Numbered from the stretch's first letter, positions 46,734 to 58,959 are shown. The stretch: 64,000 nucleotides of DNA from Candidatus Dormibacteria bacterium (GCA_046703825.1 JBJKSO010000105.1:320-64319), one strand, 5' to 3'. Translations and numbers: made by a program. Notes: generated from the sequence alone by a model not told the origin.

Positions 46734-47942
46734 TTGGCTGGGCATCATCCCCACATGTCCTGGACAGACGCGGTCCTGCTGGAGTTGGTGCTGACCGGCG
46801 CGGCCAGCCTCGGCATCTTTCTCTTGCTGCGCCGGCGGCGCTTCGCCTACACCGCGATGGAGGAGCGGGCGATGGTGCGGGCCCTCGACTTTGCCGGGTC
46901 AGCAGTGGCCACCCTCCGCCAGGGCCTCAACCCCCGCAGCGCGCTAAGGGTGCTGAAGACTTTGGTGCGCCAGTCGGGGATCCCGGCCGCCGCCCTCTAT
47001 CAGGGTGGCATGCTGATCGCCTTCCAGGCCGCCCCAGGCAGCCGGGCCGAGGAGCACGCCCGCCACTCTCCACTCGAGCAGGCCGCTGTCACGGAGGCGA
47101 CCGCGGCATCCCGGGCGCAACTGCTGGAACTTCACCCCGAGGAGGTGGTGCCGGTCTGCCCCCTGCGCTGGGCGCTGATCGTGCCCCTGGCGGCGGTCGA
47201 GCAGCCGCGGGTGGCGCTGCTCACCTACTACCCGGCGCCGCCGAGCCAGGCCGCTTTGCGGGTCAGCACCGACCTGGCCCAGCTGCTGGCCACCCAGCTG
47301 CGGCTCCAGCGCGCCGAGCAGCACCAGGCGGCCCTGGACCGCTCGGAGCTGAAGGCACTGCGAGCCCAGATCTCACCCCACTTCATCTACAACACGCTGG
47401 CCACCATCGCCAGCTTCATCCGGACCGACCCCGAACGGGCTCGGGAGCTCCTGGTCGAGTTCGCCGACTTCAGCCGGCGGGCGTTTCGCGGCCCGACCGC
47501 CGAGCTCACCACCTTGGCCGACGAACTGGTCTACGTGCACCAGTTCCTCAACATCGCCCAGGCCCGGTACGGCGACCGGCTCACGGTCCGCTACCAGGTC
47601 GAGGCCGAGGTGCTGGGAACCGCGGTGCCCGCGCTGCTGGTGCAGCCTCTGGTGGAGAACGCCGTCAAGTACGGCATCGAGAAGCGGGCGGGACGGGCGG
47701 AGATAGTCATCGAGGCGGCCGAGCACGGCGGGGAGTGCGTCATCTCCGTGGGCGACGACGGCGAGGGTTTCGAGCCGCCCGCGGACCTCTCCGAACCGTC
47801 CGGGGCTTTGGCGAACATCAACCGCAGGCTGAGCTACACCTTCGGGCCGGCCCACACGCTGCACATCGACTCCTCCCCGGGGCGGGGCACTGTGGTGTCA
47901 GTGCGGATACCCAAAGCCAGGCCCCGGGCCAAGGCCTCCTGA
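46734..47942 (+). CDS. LytS/YehU-type sensor histidine kinase lacking the 5TM-Lyt domain
   Basis: ORF track, 402 aa. One N-terminal TM segment. The His_kinase box reads LRAQISPHFIYNTLATIAS. The HATPase reads LVENAVKYGIE...GDDGEGF. Confidence 0.85.
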   Translation: MAGHHPHMSWTDAVLLELVLTGAASLGIFLLLRRRRFAYTAMEERAMVRALDFAGSAVATLRQGLNPRSALRVLKTLVRQSGIPAAALYQGGMLIAFQAAPGSRAEEHARHSPLEQAAVTEATAASRAQLLELHPEEVVPVCPLRWALIVPLAAVEQPRVALLTYYPAPPSQAALRVSTDLAQLLATQLRLQRAEQHQAALDRSELKALRAQISPHFIYNTLATIASFIRTDPERARELLVEFADFSRRAFRGPTAELTTLADELVYVHQFLNIAQARYGDRLTVRYQVEAEVLGTAVPALLVQPLVENAVKYGIEKRAGRAEIVIEAAEHGGECVISVGDDGEGFEPPADLSEPSGALANINRRLSYTFGPAHTLHIDSSPGRGTVVSVRIPKARPRAKAS

Positions 47943-48685
47943 TGCCCGCCGGGCTGCGCCTCCTCGTGGTGGACGACGAGCAGCCGGCCCGCGAGGAACT
48001 CGCCTACCTGCTGCGCGGTTTCGCGACCGTGCAGGAGGTGCGCGAGGCTGAGGACGCCGGCGCCTGCCTCGACCACTTGGCGGCGGGCGAACTGGACGCC
48101 CTCTTCTCGGACATCCGCATGCCAGGACTGGACGGGCTCCATCTGGCCCGGGTGGTGCGCGAGATGCGGCCGGACCTGCCGGTGGTGTTCGTGACCGCCT
48201 TCGACGAGCACGCGGTGGAGGCCTTCCAGATCCCCGCCTTCGACTACCTCCTCAAGCCGGTCCGTGCCGACCGTCTGGGGCAGACCCTGGAGCGCCTGCA
48301 GGCTGCCCGCCAGACTCCGGACAACGGCCAGGAGGATCACCCCTCCGGCCAGCTTGATCGGCTAGCGGTGCTGCATCGGGGTCAGATCGTTTTGGTTCCG
48401 GTCGAGGACATCCGGGTCGCAGAGGTGGAAGGCGACCGGGTGATGCTGATGACTGACAGCGGCCGGTATCCCGCCCGCCTCAGCCTGCAAGAGCTGGAGG
48501 CCCGGCTGGCCGGACACGGCTTCATGCGGGTGCACCGCCACTTCATCGTCAACCTGCACCACGTGCGGGCGGTGGACCCGTTCTTCAACGGGACCTACCT
48601 GCTGCGGCTGGACCGCCTACCCGAGCTGTCAGTGCCCGTCTCGCGGCGTCACGGGCCGGAACTGCGCCAGGCCCTAGGGCTCTGA
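47942..48685 (+). CDS. LytTR-family response regulator
   Basis: The ATG overlaps the kinase TGA (TGATG). The receiver reads LLVVDDE...DALFSDIRMPGLDG. The LytTR domain reads FMRVHRHFIVNLHHV. Confidence 0.9.
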   Translation: MPAGLRLLVVDDEQPAREELAYLLRGFATVQEVREAEDAGACLDHLAAGELDALFSDIRMPGLDGLHLARVVREMRPDLPVVFVTAFDEHAVEAFQIPAFDYLLKPVRADRLGQTLERLQAARQTPDNGQEDHPSGQLDRLAVLHRGQIVLVPVEDIRVAEVEGDRVMLMTDSGRYPARLSLQELEARLAGHGFMRVHRHFIVNLHHVRAVDPFFNGTYLLRLDRLPELSVPVSRRHGPELRQALGL

Positions 48686-48701
48686 GCGGCCGGCGTGCCA
48701 C

Positions 48702-49367
48702 GTGCCGCACGAGCTGAGCCTGCCGTCGGCCGAGGAGGGGTTCAGGTCGCTGGGGACGGCGCGGGAAGCGGCTGCGGCATGCACCCGCTGCAGCCTCTAT
48801 CAGCGGGCGACCCAGACGGTGTTCGGCGAGGGACCCCAGCCGGCGCAGGCGATGCTGGTCGGGGAGCAGCCGGGGGATCGTGAGGACCTAGCGGGCCGGG
48901 CGTTCGTGGGACCCTCAGGGCACCTGCTCGACGCCGCCCTGAAGGAGGTGGGCATCGAGCGCGAAGGCGTCTACCTGACCAACGCGATCAAGCACTTCAA
49001 GTGGGCGCCGGCCGCCAGCGGCAAGCGGCGCATCCACAAGCGGCCCTCCGCCAGCGAGGTCTCGGCCTGCCGCCTCTGGCTCGCGGCGGAGATCTCACTG
49101 GTGCGGCCCCGCGTCATCATCTGCCTGGGGTCGACCGCGGTGGCCGGGGTCCTCGGTACCTCGGCGCCCATCTGCGCTCTGCGCGGGCGCCCGCTGGACG
49201 TCGGCGGTGTGCGGGTAGTGGTCACGGTGCACCCGGCCTCGATACTGCGGGCCCCGGACGGGGAGAGCCGCACGGTCGCCTTCGACGGTTTCCTGGAAGA
49301 CCTCCGTACGGCCCACGCCTGCCTAGCCCCGGCGAAGGGCCGTTCACCAGGTCCGGCCCCGGTCTAG
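48702..49367 (+). CDS. udgX: UdgX-type family-4-like uracil-DNA glycosylase (covalent DNA-crosslinking type)
   Basis: ORF track, 221 aa. Motifs read CTRCSL, GEQPGDREDLAGRAFVGPSG, the KRRIH loop (GKRRIHKRPS) and HPASILR. Confidence 0.8.
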   Translation: MPHELSLPSAEEGFRSLGTAREAAAACTRCSLYQRATQTVFGEGPQPAQAMLVGEQPGDREDLAGRAFVGPSGHLLDAALKEVGIEREGVYLTNAIKHFKWAPAASGKRRIHKRPSASEVSACRLWLAAEISLVRPRVIICLGSTAVAGVLGTSAPICALRGRPLDVGGVRVVVTVHPASILRAPDGESRTVAFDGFLEDLRTAHACLAPAKGRSPGPAPV

Positions 49368-50893
49368 CCGCGGGCCGAGGGGCGGCTCGCCGGTGAGGCG
49401 GCAGCGGTGGAGGGAGTCGTTGCCGACTCGCCGCCGGTCGGCGCGGCCGGCCCGGCGGCGGCACCGCGACGGCTCAGGTCGCGGTACCCGGATTGAACCG
49501 CCGCAAGCGCCATGAAGACCATCGAAGCGTAGAAGGCCGCGTGCAGACCCGAGGTAAAGCTTCCGGCCAGTTGGGGGCTGAGGCGGAACGTCCCGACGAA
49601 GATGGCGAAGGCTACCCCGCGGGGAATGGAGCGGGCGGCGATCAGGATCGCCACGGAGAAGGAGAAGACCATGCCGACGTTGGCGAAGGTGCGCAGCAGT
49701 CCCGAGGCGGTGCCGAAGGCCCGACCGGGAGCCACCTTCATCACGGAGGCGTTGTTGGCGGGGAAGAACGCCCCCGCCCCGACGCCGTTGACGATCGAGG
49801 CGACGACGATCAGCCAGAGGCCGGTGGAGACGCCCAGCTGGGCGTAGAGCAAAAGCGCAACCTTTTCGAGCACGAGTCCGACCGTTGCCGGCCAGACCAC
49901 CCCGATACGGTCGGAGAGCCGGCCCGCGGCCGGTCCCACCACGCCGCCGAGGAGGTATCCCGGCACCAGCAGCAAAGAGGCGTCGAGCGGGCTCAGGCGC
50001 CGCACGCCCTGCAGGTACATGATCACCAAAAACAGGACCGCGAAGTTGGCCAGCGATTGCAGCAAGGAGGCCAGCAGGGCAGGGGTCATGGTCGGGATGC
50101 GGAACAGGGAAAGGTTGACCATCGGGGCGCGGATGAGCCGCTCCAGCAGCACGAAAACCAGCAGCAGCACTATCCCGCCAACCAAAAACCCGATGGTCGA
50201 AGGCGCCAGGTTGGACGTCGCCAGCGAGGTCATGGACCAGAGCACGCCGAAGAGGCCACCCCCAAGCGCCAGCATTCCGGCCCAGTCCATCCGCTGCCGC
50301 ACCCGGGGCCCATGGTCGTGAAGCACCCGCAGGGCCATGGCGAAGGCGATCAGCCCCGCGGGAATGTTGATCCAGAAGATCCAGCGCCAATCGACGTAGG
50401 TGATGATCACGCCGCCGAGGAGGATGCCGAGAATCGCGCCGACGCTCCAGCCCGCGCTGTTGAAGCCGTAGGCCCGGCCCCGGAGGTGGGCAGGAAAGTT
50501 GTCGGCGATCACGGCGCCGCTGTTGGCGCTGATCAGCGCCCCTCCCACTCCTTGGACGATCCGGAATCCGATGATGGTGGCTTCGTTGACGGCCAGGGCG
50601 CAGAGCGCCGAGCCGACGATGAAGATGATGAAACCGGCCTCGTACATGCGCACCCGGCCGAACATGTCCCCGAGCCGGCCAACCTGGGTTGCCAGCAGGG
50701 TGATCACCAGCAGGTAGCCGATGATGACCCAGACCACGTGGGCGAGCGGGACATGCAGAGCTCGCTCCATCTCGGGGAGCGCCAACACCACGATGGTCGT
50801 GTCCACGGCGGCCATCAGCACGCCGATCACGATCACGGTCAGCGCCAGACCGGGACGCGTCCGCGGTCCGGCGGGAGCGTCCGCCACGCTCAC
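49364..50893 (-). CDS. MFS transporter, DHA2 (14-TM, EmrB/QacA-like)
   Basis: ORF track, 509 aa. Reads LMAAVDTTIVVLALP...LGDMFGRVR. The co-located 517-aa ORF in another frame is Arg/Gly/Pro-rich and is rejected. Confidence 0.85.
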   Translation of the reverse strand: MSVADAPAGPRTRPGLALTVIVIGVLMAAVDTTIVVLALPEMERALHVPLAHVVWVIIGYLLVITLLATQVGRLGDMFGRVRMYEAGFIIFIVGSALCALAVNEATIIGFRIVQGVGGALISANSGAVIADNFPAHLRGRAYGFNSAGWSVGAILGILLGGVIITYVDWRWIFWINIPAGLIAFAMALRVLHDHGPRVRQRMDWAGMLALGGGLFGVLWSMTSLATSNLAPSTIGFLVGGIVLLLVFVLLERLIRAPMVNLSLFRIPTMTPALLASLLQSLANFAVLFLVIMYLQGVRRLSPLDASLLLVPGYLLGGVVGPAAGRLSDRIGVVWPATVGLVLEKVALLLYAQLGVSTGLWLIVVASIVNGVGAGAFFPANNASVMKVAPGRAFGTASGLLRTFANVGMVFSFSVAILIAARSIPRGVAFAIFVGTFRLSPQLAGSFTSGLHAAFYASMVFMALAAVQSGYRDLSRRGAAAGPAAPTGGESATTPSTAAASPASRPSARG

Positions 50894-51033
50894 GCAAAGT
50901 CTCCTACGGTCTCGGCTCCACTGGGGCTGTCACGCTGGGGCGCCCTGCGCTCATCGGCGAAATCGTCCGCCGAGCCACCAGCGGAACCGCCCCGGACGAG
51001 TATGGCACGGGAGCCGCGCCGACCGGTGCAGCC

Positions 51034-52029
51034 TCAGTAGCCCAGAGCCGGGTCCACCCGGTTCAGCAGCGGCTCGCCAGCCAACCAGCGCACCATCTGC
51101 TCGGCGAAGAACCGCGAAGTCCTCCTGGCGAAGTGCTCCGAACTCCAGCTCACGTGGGGGCTGACGTAGACGCCGGGGGCCCGCCAGAGCGGCGAGCTGG
51201 CCGGCAGCGGCTCCTGCGCGAAGGCGTCCAGATAGGCGGCGGCCGGCCGCCCCTCGGCCATGGCCACCAGGAGACCCGGCTCGTCCACGATCGCGCCCCG
51301 GGCAACGTTGATCAGGACACTGCCTTCCGCCAACTTCGCCAGCACCCCGGCGGTGACCCGGCCGCGGGTTTCGGGAGTCCGCGGGGCGGCGATCAGCAGG
51401 GCGTCTGCCCCAGTCACCGCCTCCTCCAGGCGCTCGGCACCGAACACCTCCTCCACCCCGGATCCGGAGGGAAGCTGGGGGTGGCGGCGGACTGCAACCA
51501 CCCGGGTGCCGAACTGGTACAGCCGCCGGGTCACCTCCTGGCCTATGCGCCCCATCCCCATCACCGCCACCCGCAGATCAGCCAGCTCCCGCATTCTAAC
51601 TTCCTGAAAAAAATGCTGTTGCCGGAGCCGGTCCAGCTCCGGGAATGCCTTCACGTGGTGGAGAAGGCACGCGATCACGAATTCGGAAATAGGCCCGGCG
51701 GTGACTCCTGCAGAGTGGGTAAGCACCGCCTGGTCGAACTGGTCGAACAGCGGCTCCAGGTCATCGATGCCGGCGCTGACGGAGTGCACCCAACGCACTT
51801 CGGGATGCGCTGCCAGCGCCTCGCGAAACGGGTCTTCAGGCAGGCCGCCAAGCCGGCCCGGGAAGAGCCGCAGGATGACGTCAACCCGGCCGAGCCGGTG
51901 CATGTTCGTCTCCGGGCCGGCAACGATGAACTTGACCCGATCCCGGCCCACCATCTGGGCCGCCAGCACCAGGTCCGGTTCGGGCAGCCGACCGACAACC
52001 AGACAGCGAGCCGGATCTGCCACCGCCAC
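51034..52029 (-). CDS. D-isomer-specific 2-hydroxyacid dehydrogenase family protein
   Basis: ORF track, 331 aa. Reads VAVMGMGRIGQEV...INVARGAIVDE...SPHVS. Confidence 0.85.
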   Translation of the reverse strand: MAVADPARCLVVGRLPEPDLVLAAQMVGRDRVKFIVAGPETNMHRLGRVDVILRLFPGRLGGLPEDPFREALAAHPEVRWVHSVSAGIDDLEPLFDQFDQAVLTHSAGVTAGPISEFVIACLLHHVKAFPELDRLRQQHFFQEVRMRELADLRVAVMGMGRIGQEVTRRLYQFGTRVVAVRRHPQLPSGSGVEEVFGAERLEEAVTGADALLIAAPRTPETRGRVTAGVLAKLAEGSVLINVARGAIVDEPGLLVAMAEGRPAAAYLDAFAQEPLPASSPLWRAPGVYVSPHVSWSSEHFARRTSRFFAEQMVRWLAGEPLLNRVDPALGY

Positions 52030-52104
52030 CTCAGCCTCCGATCAAAGCCCGTTGCTCGCACGCTTCGCCCAGCGCCCGACGGTCCCCGCCGCGATCATGG
52101 TGCC

Positions 52105-52938
52105 ATGCCCGCCTTCACCAAGCCCCTGGTGAGCCCCGAGTGGCTCATCGCCCACCTGCAGGACCGCGACCTGGTCGTGCTCGACGCACGCTGGGACCTG
52201 GCCAAGGGTGCCCGTCGCGACGCCTACCAGCTCTCCCACATCCCCGGGGCACAGTTCGTTGACCTGGACCGGGATCTGGCGGGGCCGCCCGGGGCTAACG
52301 GCCGGCATCCGCTGCCTGAGCCCGAGAACTTCGGGGCGGCGATGCGAGCGGTCGGCATCTCGGCCGCCAACCGGGTGGTGGTCTACGACGAATGCACCGG
52401 GGCGGCAGCCCGGTCTTGGTGGATGCTGAGGGCGGTGGGGCTGTCGGAGGTCGCGGTGCTGGAGGGCGGCTGGCAGGCTTGGCTGGCAGCATCTGGACCC
52501 ACCCGGGGAGGTGACGAGGCGGCCACCGCCGGCGGCCTGACGGTCACCAGCTTTGCGGGTCGGGTGGATGCCGACGAGGTCCAGCGGTTCCTGGACGAGG
52601 GCCTGCCCGTTCTCGATGCGCGCTCCAGCGAGCGCTTTCGCGGGGTGCCGAACCAGCTCGACCCGCGGCCGGGGCACATCCCCGGCGCCACCAGCCTGCC
52701 CTGGACCGAGGCGCTACCTGGCTGCCATCCCCGGTCGCCGCAGGAGCTTCGCGACCTGGTTGGCCAGCGCTTGGGCGGCGCAGCTCCCGCCGCCGCGTAC
52801 TGCGGATCGGGGGTGACCGCAGCGGCCCTGATTCTGGCCCTGGAGACCGCCGGCATCACCGGCGTCAAGCTGTACCCCGGCTCCTACAGCGAGTGGGCCC
52901 TGGATCCGCGCCGCCAAGTCGAGACCGAGCTGGCCTAG
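52105..52938 (+). CDS. tandem-rhodanese sulfurtransferase (thiosulfate/3-mercaptopyruvate type)
   Basis: ATG at 52105, in frame with ORF 51133..52938. Reads LVSPEWLIAHL...DARW...HIPGA. The active-site Cys sits in YCGSGVTA. Confidence 0.85.
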   Translation: MPAFTKPLVSPEWLIAHLQDRDLVVLDARWDLAKGARRDAYQLSHIPGAQFVDLDRDLAGPPGANGRHPLPEPENFGAAMRAVGISAANRVVVYDECTGAAARSWWMLRAVGLSEVAVLEGGWQAWLAASGPTRGGDEAATAGGLTVTSFAGRVDADEVQRFLDEGLPVLDARSSERFRGVPNQLDPRPGHIPGATSLPWTEALPGCHPRSPQELRDLVGQRLGGAAPAAAYCGSGVTAAALILALETAGITGVKLYPGSYSEWALDPRRQVETELA

Positions 52939-53675
52939 CGCCGGGCCACCTTGTAGGAGGTCGCCTGCTGGACCGGGCGGATCACGATCTCGTCCAGATC
53001 CACGTTCGGCGGCCTGGTGGCCGCAAACACCACCACCTCGGCCACATCGTCCGCCGTGAGCGCATCCACCCCGGCATAGACCCGCTCCGCCCGCTCCGCG
53101 TCTCCCTGGAAGCGGTTGATGGAGAAGTCGGTGCGAACCAGCCCGGGACAGAGCTCGGTGATCCGGATCGGCCGCCCGACGAGCTCGAGCCGCAAGGTGC
53201 GGCTGATCGCCCGCACCGCGTGCTTGACGGCGGTGTAGCCGGCTCCGCCCTCGTACACCTCCATCGCGGCGATCGAGGACAGGTTGAGGATGAGCCCGCG
53301 TCCGGAGCGCTCCAGGGCGGGGATCAGGGCCTTGGTCATGCGCACCAAGCCCATGACGTTCACTTCCCACATCCAGCTCCAGTTCTCCGGAACCGTCTGC
53401 TCGATCGGCTCCAGCCCCCTGGCCCCGCCCGCGTTGTTGACCAAGACGGCGAGTTCCTCGACGCCCTGGCAGAACTCCGAGACGCTGACCGGATCGGTCA
53501 CGTCCAGCACCCGGTATCGGGCGCCGAGCTCAGCCGCCAACGGCTGCAGGCGCTCCTCCCGGCGCGCGCCGAGGAGGAGGTCGAATCCAGCCCGCGACAG
53601 GTGCCGAGCGCACGCCTCGCCGATCCCGGCGCTCGCACCAGTGACTACCGCCAGCGGCCGCCCTGTCGCCATCAA
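52935..53675 (-). CDS. SDR-family oxidoreductase
   Basis: ORF track, 246 aa. Reads VVTGASAGIG...NNAG...YTAVKHA. Confidence 0.9.
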   Translation of the reverse strand: MMATGRPLAVVTGASAGIGEACARHLSRAGFDLLLGARREERLQPLAAELGARYRVLDVTDPVSVSEFCQGVEELAVLVNNAGGARGLEPIEQTVPENWSWMWEVNVMGLVRMTKALIPALERSGRGLILNLSSIAAMEVYEGGAGYTAVKHAVRAISRTLRLELVGRPIRITELCPGLVRTDFSINRFQGDAERAERVYAGVDALTADDVAEVVVFAATRPPNVDLDEIVIRPVQQATSYKVARR

Positions 53676-53900
53676 ACAACCTCCCCGAGAAGACTCTTGC
53701 CTAGCGAGGCGGCGCCGCCTCGAGGCGACCTAATCCTCCGTCGCGGAGGTGGCTTGGGATGCCCATCTGCTCGCCCAGCTAGCGGGCGGGGTGCCCGATC
53801 CGTCGCTGCGCGCTCTAACAGCGTGCCTCTGGGTGCCGCGCAAGCAAACGTTCTGCCTGTTCGCGACCGCCGCCTTGCGAGAAGGGAGTTGCCGACTCTC

Positions 53901-54794
53901 ATGGGTCGGCTGCGCGTGGCTCAACCACTCGCTATCGTCGCGGTCATGGTCGCTTTCACAGAAATCGCCGACCGGGTTTGGGTTGCACGCTACGACTGGG
54001 CGGACGTCAACATCACCGCGATTGGCAGCGAGCGGGGCCTCGTTGTGGTGGACACGCACGGCTCTGCTGCGGCAGGGCGCAACGTGCTCGAGGACCTGGA
54101 TCGGCTCGGCGCTGGCTCCGTGGTTCACGTCGTCAACAGTCATTGGCACTGGGATCACACCTTCGGCAACGCAGCTTTCCGTGAGGGCACTCGGGGAGCG
54201 CCGATTCATGCTCACGAAGAGGCTGCGAATTGGCTGGCCGACAAGGGCGAGCACATGAAACGCCTCATCGAATCTCGAGATGATGCCCACGGTGCTGAGG
54301 TCGCGGCCACCGAAATCGTCATTCCAGACGAGACCTTCGCCGATGCGCGCACGCTAGATCTAGGAGATCGGGCGGTTGAACTGGTGTTCCCGGGCCGCGG
54401 CCACACTTCCGGCGACATCGTCCTCCGAATCATGGACGTAGACGTTCTGGTCGCTGGAGACTTGATCGAGGAGTCGGCAAAACCCTGGATAGGGATGGAT
54501 TCGTGGCCCCTTGAGTGGCCGACCACCCTCGACAACGTGCTCAGGCTGACGACGGACGAGACCTTGACCGTCCCGGGGCACGGCGTGGTGGTGGATCGTA
54601 CATTCGTCCGAATGCAACGAGATGAGATCTCTCAGATCGTGAAGACAGTCGAGGCGCTCGCTGGCCTCGGTGTGCCGGTTGACGACGCGTTGGCCGAGGG
54701 AGAGTGGCCTTGGGAGGCAGACGCACGTATCCAAAACGCGGTTCGGCGCGGCTATCAGGCGCTCATGTCGCCAAGGCAAGTTCTGCAGGAGTGA
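53901..54794 (+). CDS. MBL-fold metallo-hydrolase
   Basis: In frame with ORF 52893..54794. ATG at 53901 (or 53946). Reads VVDTHGS...NSHWHWDHTFGN...PGRGHTSGD. Confidence 0.8.
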   Translation: MGRLRVAQPLAIVAVMVAFTEIADRVWVARYDWADVNITAIGSERGLVVVDTHGSAAAGRNVLEDLDRLGAGSVVHVVNSHWHWDHTFGNAAFREGTRGAPIHAHEEAANWLADKGEHMKRLIESRDDAHGAEVAATEIVIPDETFADARTLDLGDRAVELVFPGRGHTSGDIVLRIMDVDVLVAGDLIEESAKPWIGMDSWPLEWPTTLDNVLRLTTDETLTVPGHGVVVDRTFVRMQRDEISQIVKTVEALAGLGVPVDDALAEGEWPWEADARIQNAVRRGYQALMSPRQVLQE

Positions 54795-55024
54795 ACTCTG
54801 CAACTCTACGGCTCGGTGTTCGCCGCAAGGAAGTCGAAGAGCCCAGTCCTGAGCCTCTCCTGGCGCGACAACCGCCCGTGTACGTCGGCCTCCTCTTCTT
54901 CCTGGGTATCCGTGCTCGGGCCACCTCCTGACCAAACAGAGCCAGCGCCGACCCTTTGTCAGTGGTGGCGGTGGGCTGCCACTTCGGTAAAGCAGTGGCG
55001 TCCTCGTCGCCTACGGTGAGCCCG

Positions 55025-55813
55025 ATGAGCAAGGAGGACAAGTTTGGCGCCGCCGCAGACGCATGGTTGTCGGGCCTCGGGCTCGTCCGCGACGCCGTTC
55101 GCCAGGAGCTCGTGCACCGCCAGCTTGTCGCCGACCTCCCACGGGCAGGGGGACCGCTCCGGGTGCTCGACGCCGGCTCCGGGCAGGGCACCCAGGCCAT
55201 TGCGCTGAGCCCGGCTCGGCCACGAAGTAGTCGGCCTCGACCTATCGGGCCAGCTGCTGGACGAGGCGCGCCGTGCCGCTGCCGACGAACCGTCCAGCGT
55301 CCGCCGTCGCCTCGCGTTCGTGCGCGGCGAACTGCTCGCTCTCGGGCCCGAGCACACAGGCTGCTAAGACGTCGTGTGCTGCCACGGCGTCGCCATGTAC
55401 CTCCCCTGCCCTCGACCCGACGGCTGCCGCAATGTGCGAGGCGTGCCGGCACCGGCGGGCTCCTCTCAGTGGTGACGAGGAACCGGGCAGGCATTGCCAT
55501 GCGGGCCGGGATGACGGACTGGGAAGGTGCCGTGAAGGCCTTCGACACCCGCTACTAGCAGAACCGCCTCGGCATCGAGGCTCTCCGCGCGGACGAGCCG
55601 GGGGAGGTCCGGGCGGCTTTGATAGCAAGGGGAGCCACTGTCGTCGCCTGGTGCGCAGTGCGGCTCTTCAGCGACCACTGGGGCCCCGCGCAGCCAGGCC
55701 CTGACTTCGCCAAGTTGGCGGCGGCCGAGGAAGAGGCCGGGCGCCGGGACCCCTACCAGTCGCGCAAGGCGCTGACGCACACCGTCGCTCGGTTGAACGG
55801 GACGCCCGGGTAG
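55025..55813 (+). pseudogene. decayed class I SAM-dependent methyltransferase
   Basis: Recognisable segments lie in different frames. These are MSKEDKF...VLDAGSGQGTQAIAL, then RLGHEVVGLDLSGQLLDEARR...GC, then TAA (55365-55367), then DVVCCHGVAMYLP, then GGLLSVVTRNRAG...AFDTRY, then TAG (55556-55558), then QNRLGIEALRADEPGEV...DPYQSRKALTHTVARL. Confidence 0.7.
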
Positions 55814-55962
55814 TCGTTCGAGTTTTTGGGCCCAAAGGCTTACATCGGTAAGTGCGGAGCCTGAATTAGGTGCAGAACTCAGGTGTGTCAGGAGCCGCGA
55901 CGGTTGTCGCAGCCACGCGTAGTCGGCGAGCTGCGCGCACATGCCACCTCTGCCAGGGAGCA

Positions 55963-58005
<2,043 letters not shown>

Positions 58006-58056
58006 CGGTCCAACCTACTCCGCTGGCCCCGCTGAGGCGGCTGAGACAATCGACTG

Positions 58057-58959
58057 GTGCCTGAGCGCTCAGCGGAGTTGCCCCCCTGGCCCCTTCGGAC
58101 CGGGCTGGATCTCACCGCTGCCGTGCTGCACCTGCTGGGCCGGCGTCGCTATTTCGTATCCGATGCCGTCGCCAACGCCTGCTTCGCTCTCCAGCCCTCG
58201 CGGCGCGAGGCGACCATCGCCAACTACCGGGCAGGTTTTCCGGGGATCGGGCGCCGTCGGGCCAGGCGCTACGCCGCCCAGAGCTACCGCCGGTACGCCC
58301 GCACCGCACTCGACTTTGTGTACCTGCACCGTTTGCCTCGTCGCAAGCTCATACCCCTATTCCAAGTGGCGGGGGCGCACCACTTCTTCGAGGTTCAGGA
58401 GGGAGGACAGGGAGGCATCCTGGTCCTGATCCACCAGGGAAGCTGGGACGCGGCGGGCGCCTACGCCTCCACAGCGCTGGGTATCCCGATCACGGCGGTC
58501 ATGGCCGACGAGCAGAACCACTCGCTGGCGCGCCTTGTGATCTGGGCCCGCAGCCTGCTGGGCATCGAGGCGGTGGCCGCCGCGCGCTCACCCCGGAAAC
58601 TGATCGCGACACTGCGGAGCGGCCGCTGGCTGGCGTTGCTGGCTGACATCCCCGGCGACACCCCCTCGGTGACGGTTGACTTTCTCGGCCGGCGCACCTA
58701 CTTCTCCGTGGCACCGGGCTTGCTGGCCGCCCACAGCGGGGTCCCGCTGGTGGCGGTAACCACCAGCCACACCCCAGCTGGTGGTTACCTGCTCGAGGCC
58801 CACCCGCCTTTGCGAGTGGCGAGGGGCACTCCTCCGGACCAGGCTCTGGCGCCAATCATGCGCTACTTCGAGGCGGCGGTCCGCCGCTGGCCGTACGAGT
58901 GGTTTCCCTTTGACCGCGACCGCTTGTTCACTGCCGATGGCCACGCACGGCCAGACTGA
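58057..58959 (+). CDS. lipid acyltransferase of the LpxL/HtrB/PatA family
   Basis: ORF track, 300 aa. HQGSWD matches the HxxxxD/E box. LADIPGD...VDFLGRRTY is present. The C-terminus reads WPYEWFPF. Confidence 0.75.
   Translation: MPERSAELPPWPLRTGLDLTAAVLHLLGRRRYFVSDAVANACFALQPSRREATIANYRAGFPGIGRRRARRYAAQSYRRYARTALDFVYLHRLPRRKLIPLFQVAGAHHFFEVQEGGQGGILVLIHQGSWDAAGAYASTALGIPITAVMADEQNHSLARLVIWARSLLGIEAVAAARSPRKLIATLRSGRWLALLADIPGDTPSVTVDFLGRRTYFSVAPGLLAAHSGVPLVAVTTSHTPAGGYLLEAHPPLRVARGTPPDQALAPIMRYFEAAVRRWPYEWFPFDRDRLFTADGHARPD

Noticed and set aside
49344-50897. 517-aa minus-strand ORF co-located with the DHA2 MFS gene
   Set aside because: It is on the same strand but in a different frame. 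Only the 509-aa frame (49364-50893) gives a 14-TM MFS sequence. The 517-aa product is Arg/Gly-rich nonsense.
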